Assembly (NCBI GenBank): GCA_963924565.1
Contig: OZ004612.1
Coordinates: 28,148,001-28,212,000 of the forward strand
DNA from: Ascidiella aspersa
Taxonomy: Eukaryota
Direction: 5' to 3'
Length of the DNA stretch: 64,000 nt
Shown here one piece after another: positions 62,613 through 64,000 of the stretch; position 1 is the stretch's first letter, and each line of letters begins with the position of its first letter. The notes beneath the pieces are model-generated. The model did no database searches. It saw nothing but the letters and a program-made list of their open reading frames with translations, and was not told the DNA's origin. The position numbers were made by a program, and so were the translations under genes.

Positions 62613-64000
62613 CCAATATTAAACAGATTTTTCCAATATGAAATAGCAATAAACCAAGAATTATGATGAAGCCAAACAAACGTTTTCTTACTATAGCAGA
62701 CTACGGTCCAAAGTGGAAATATTTTCACAAGGCTGCGTAATTGAAAATGAATAAAGAAATATTCGAAACTTTCAAATTGCTACCTACTTCTGTGTGGGCT
62801 TTGGTATTTCTTACCACGTCTTTACGTAATGTTTTGTGGATTACTCAGCAGTTGAGTCATATATAGTATGAGTCAATTGGGCTGTGAACTATATCAAGCT
62901 CTTGCTAAAAGGGGAAAATCAAAAAATCTGAGATTGCAGCTGCAAAAAACAGGTCTTCGACTTTACAGTTTTTAATTTGCAATCGTGTTAACTGTTGACA
63001 ATGCGACAAATTCTTGGCAACGAAAAAACAACTTAGAAAGCAACATAAATTGTTTGTGGTTTCATGGAAATGTATTTAAATAATTGCAACATACTATCAG
63101 AATAGCAAAAAGCTGAAAACGCAATATTTCAAGTCAAAAAAATAACTCAAAAACAGACACTTTGCCCAAAATACTGCAAAGTATTAAAAACCACAATTCC
63201 GCGCAAGAGGGTTAAAAATGCAGTGCGTAATGGGCACTAAAATTAGCCCTGCGCGTCTTTATAAACGCCCAGCACACTTAGCCTTCTTTCCCGGCCTCAC
63301 GTAACCTCAGTTCATTAAGGAGCACGCAAGAACGGCGCAACCTTGTCACCAAGTGCAATATGATGGGCATTTAAGGGAGAAAAAAGAACGGAATTTTCCG
63401 TCCATTTTGGTTGCGCTTTATAAAGCCGGTTGCGTGAGTAGCGTGTTACATCATTTCTCTGCAGTCCTCATAGGCCACGTTTTAAGGCCGATCAAACTGG
63501 GCCTGGCCTCGCGTTTTACCTGCAGACTGGCCAGTTAATGCAAAAAAGGTGTTTAAGAGGACCCTTTGTGCGTTTTAAACGAACAAATTGATTTTTCATA
63601 TAAAAAATTGATATTTATAATACTTCAAAGCAGTTGATCAGGTTTAACACACACCAAAATATTGTTTTTTTCATCTAACCAAATTCAAAAATATCCAAGA
63701 TCTCCTTTTTAATGTTTTCAGATCACCGCTTTTAAAATTGAAAACGCAGAACACACCGTAAAAACACGGCATACTAGTTTTGTGGTTGCAAAATGCACGA
63801 GAAAAAAGGGAAAACTCGGTGCTTGGGAACAAAGTTGCAGCGAACAACTAAGTATTGCATCATGCAGGGTTACGTTCAAAACGATTCCCAAGGGGTCACC
63901 AAACTACGGGCCACGTTTATAATTTGATTATGCCCAGTTTCAGCTGCTTAAAGGAAGAAACTAATACTGAGCGAAAATTTGGGGTTCGGCGAACGCTTGC

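Overview
AT-rich, intron-containing animal DNA with no obvious CpG depletion. An invertebrate chordate such as an ascidian is plausible, but this is inference only. Nearly all listed ORFs are spurious; the real genes appear only after splicing. (1) A + strand six-exon gene (19039-23828, about 365 aa) encodes a secreted protein with galaxin-type di-cysteine repeats and a basic C-terminal domain. A second phase-compatible signal-peptide exon lies 11 kb upstream (8149-8221), and a dense cluster of Rel/NF-kB-like sites lies between the two. (2) On the - strand is the 3' part of a WDR64-like WD40 gene: 11 phase-consistent exons between 60999 and 46803, plus a probable terminal exon near 25.9 kb converging on the first gene. 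The rest is rich in MITEs (hAT with 8-bp TSD, a hAT-like element with 5-bp TSD, palindromic families), tRNA-like repeats and local duplications. The most unusual patterns are: tandem amplification of exon-intron junctions at three places, creating decoy splice sites; a MITE supplying the stop codon of the galaxin-like gene; a kB-site-bearing tandem repeat; tRNA-like cloverleaves with non-canonical anticodon loops; and strong TGACGTCA enrichment, including directly at splice acceptors.
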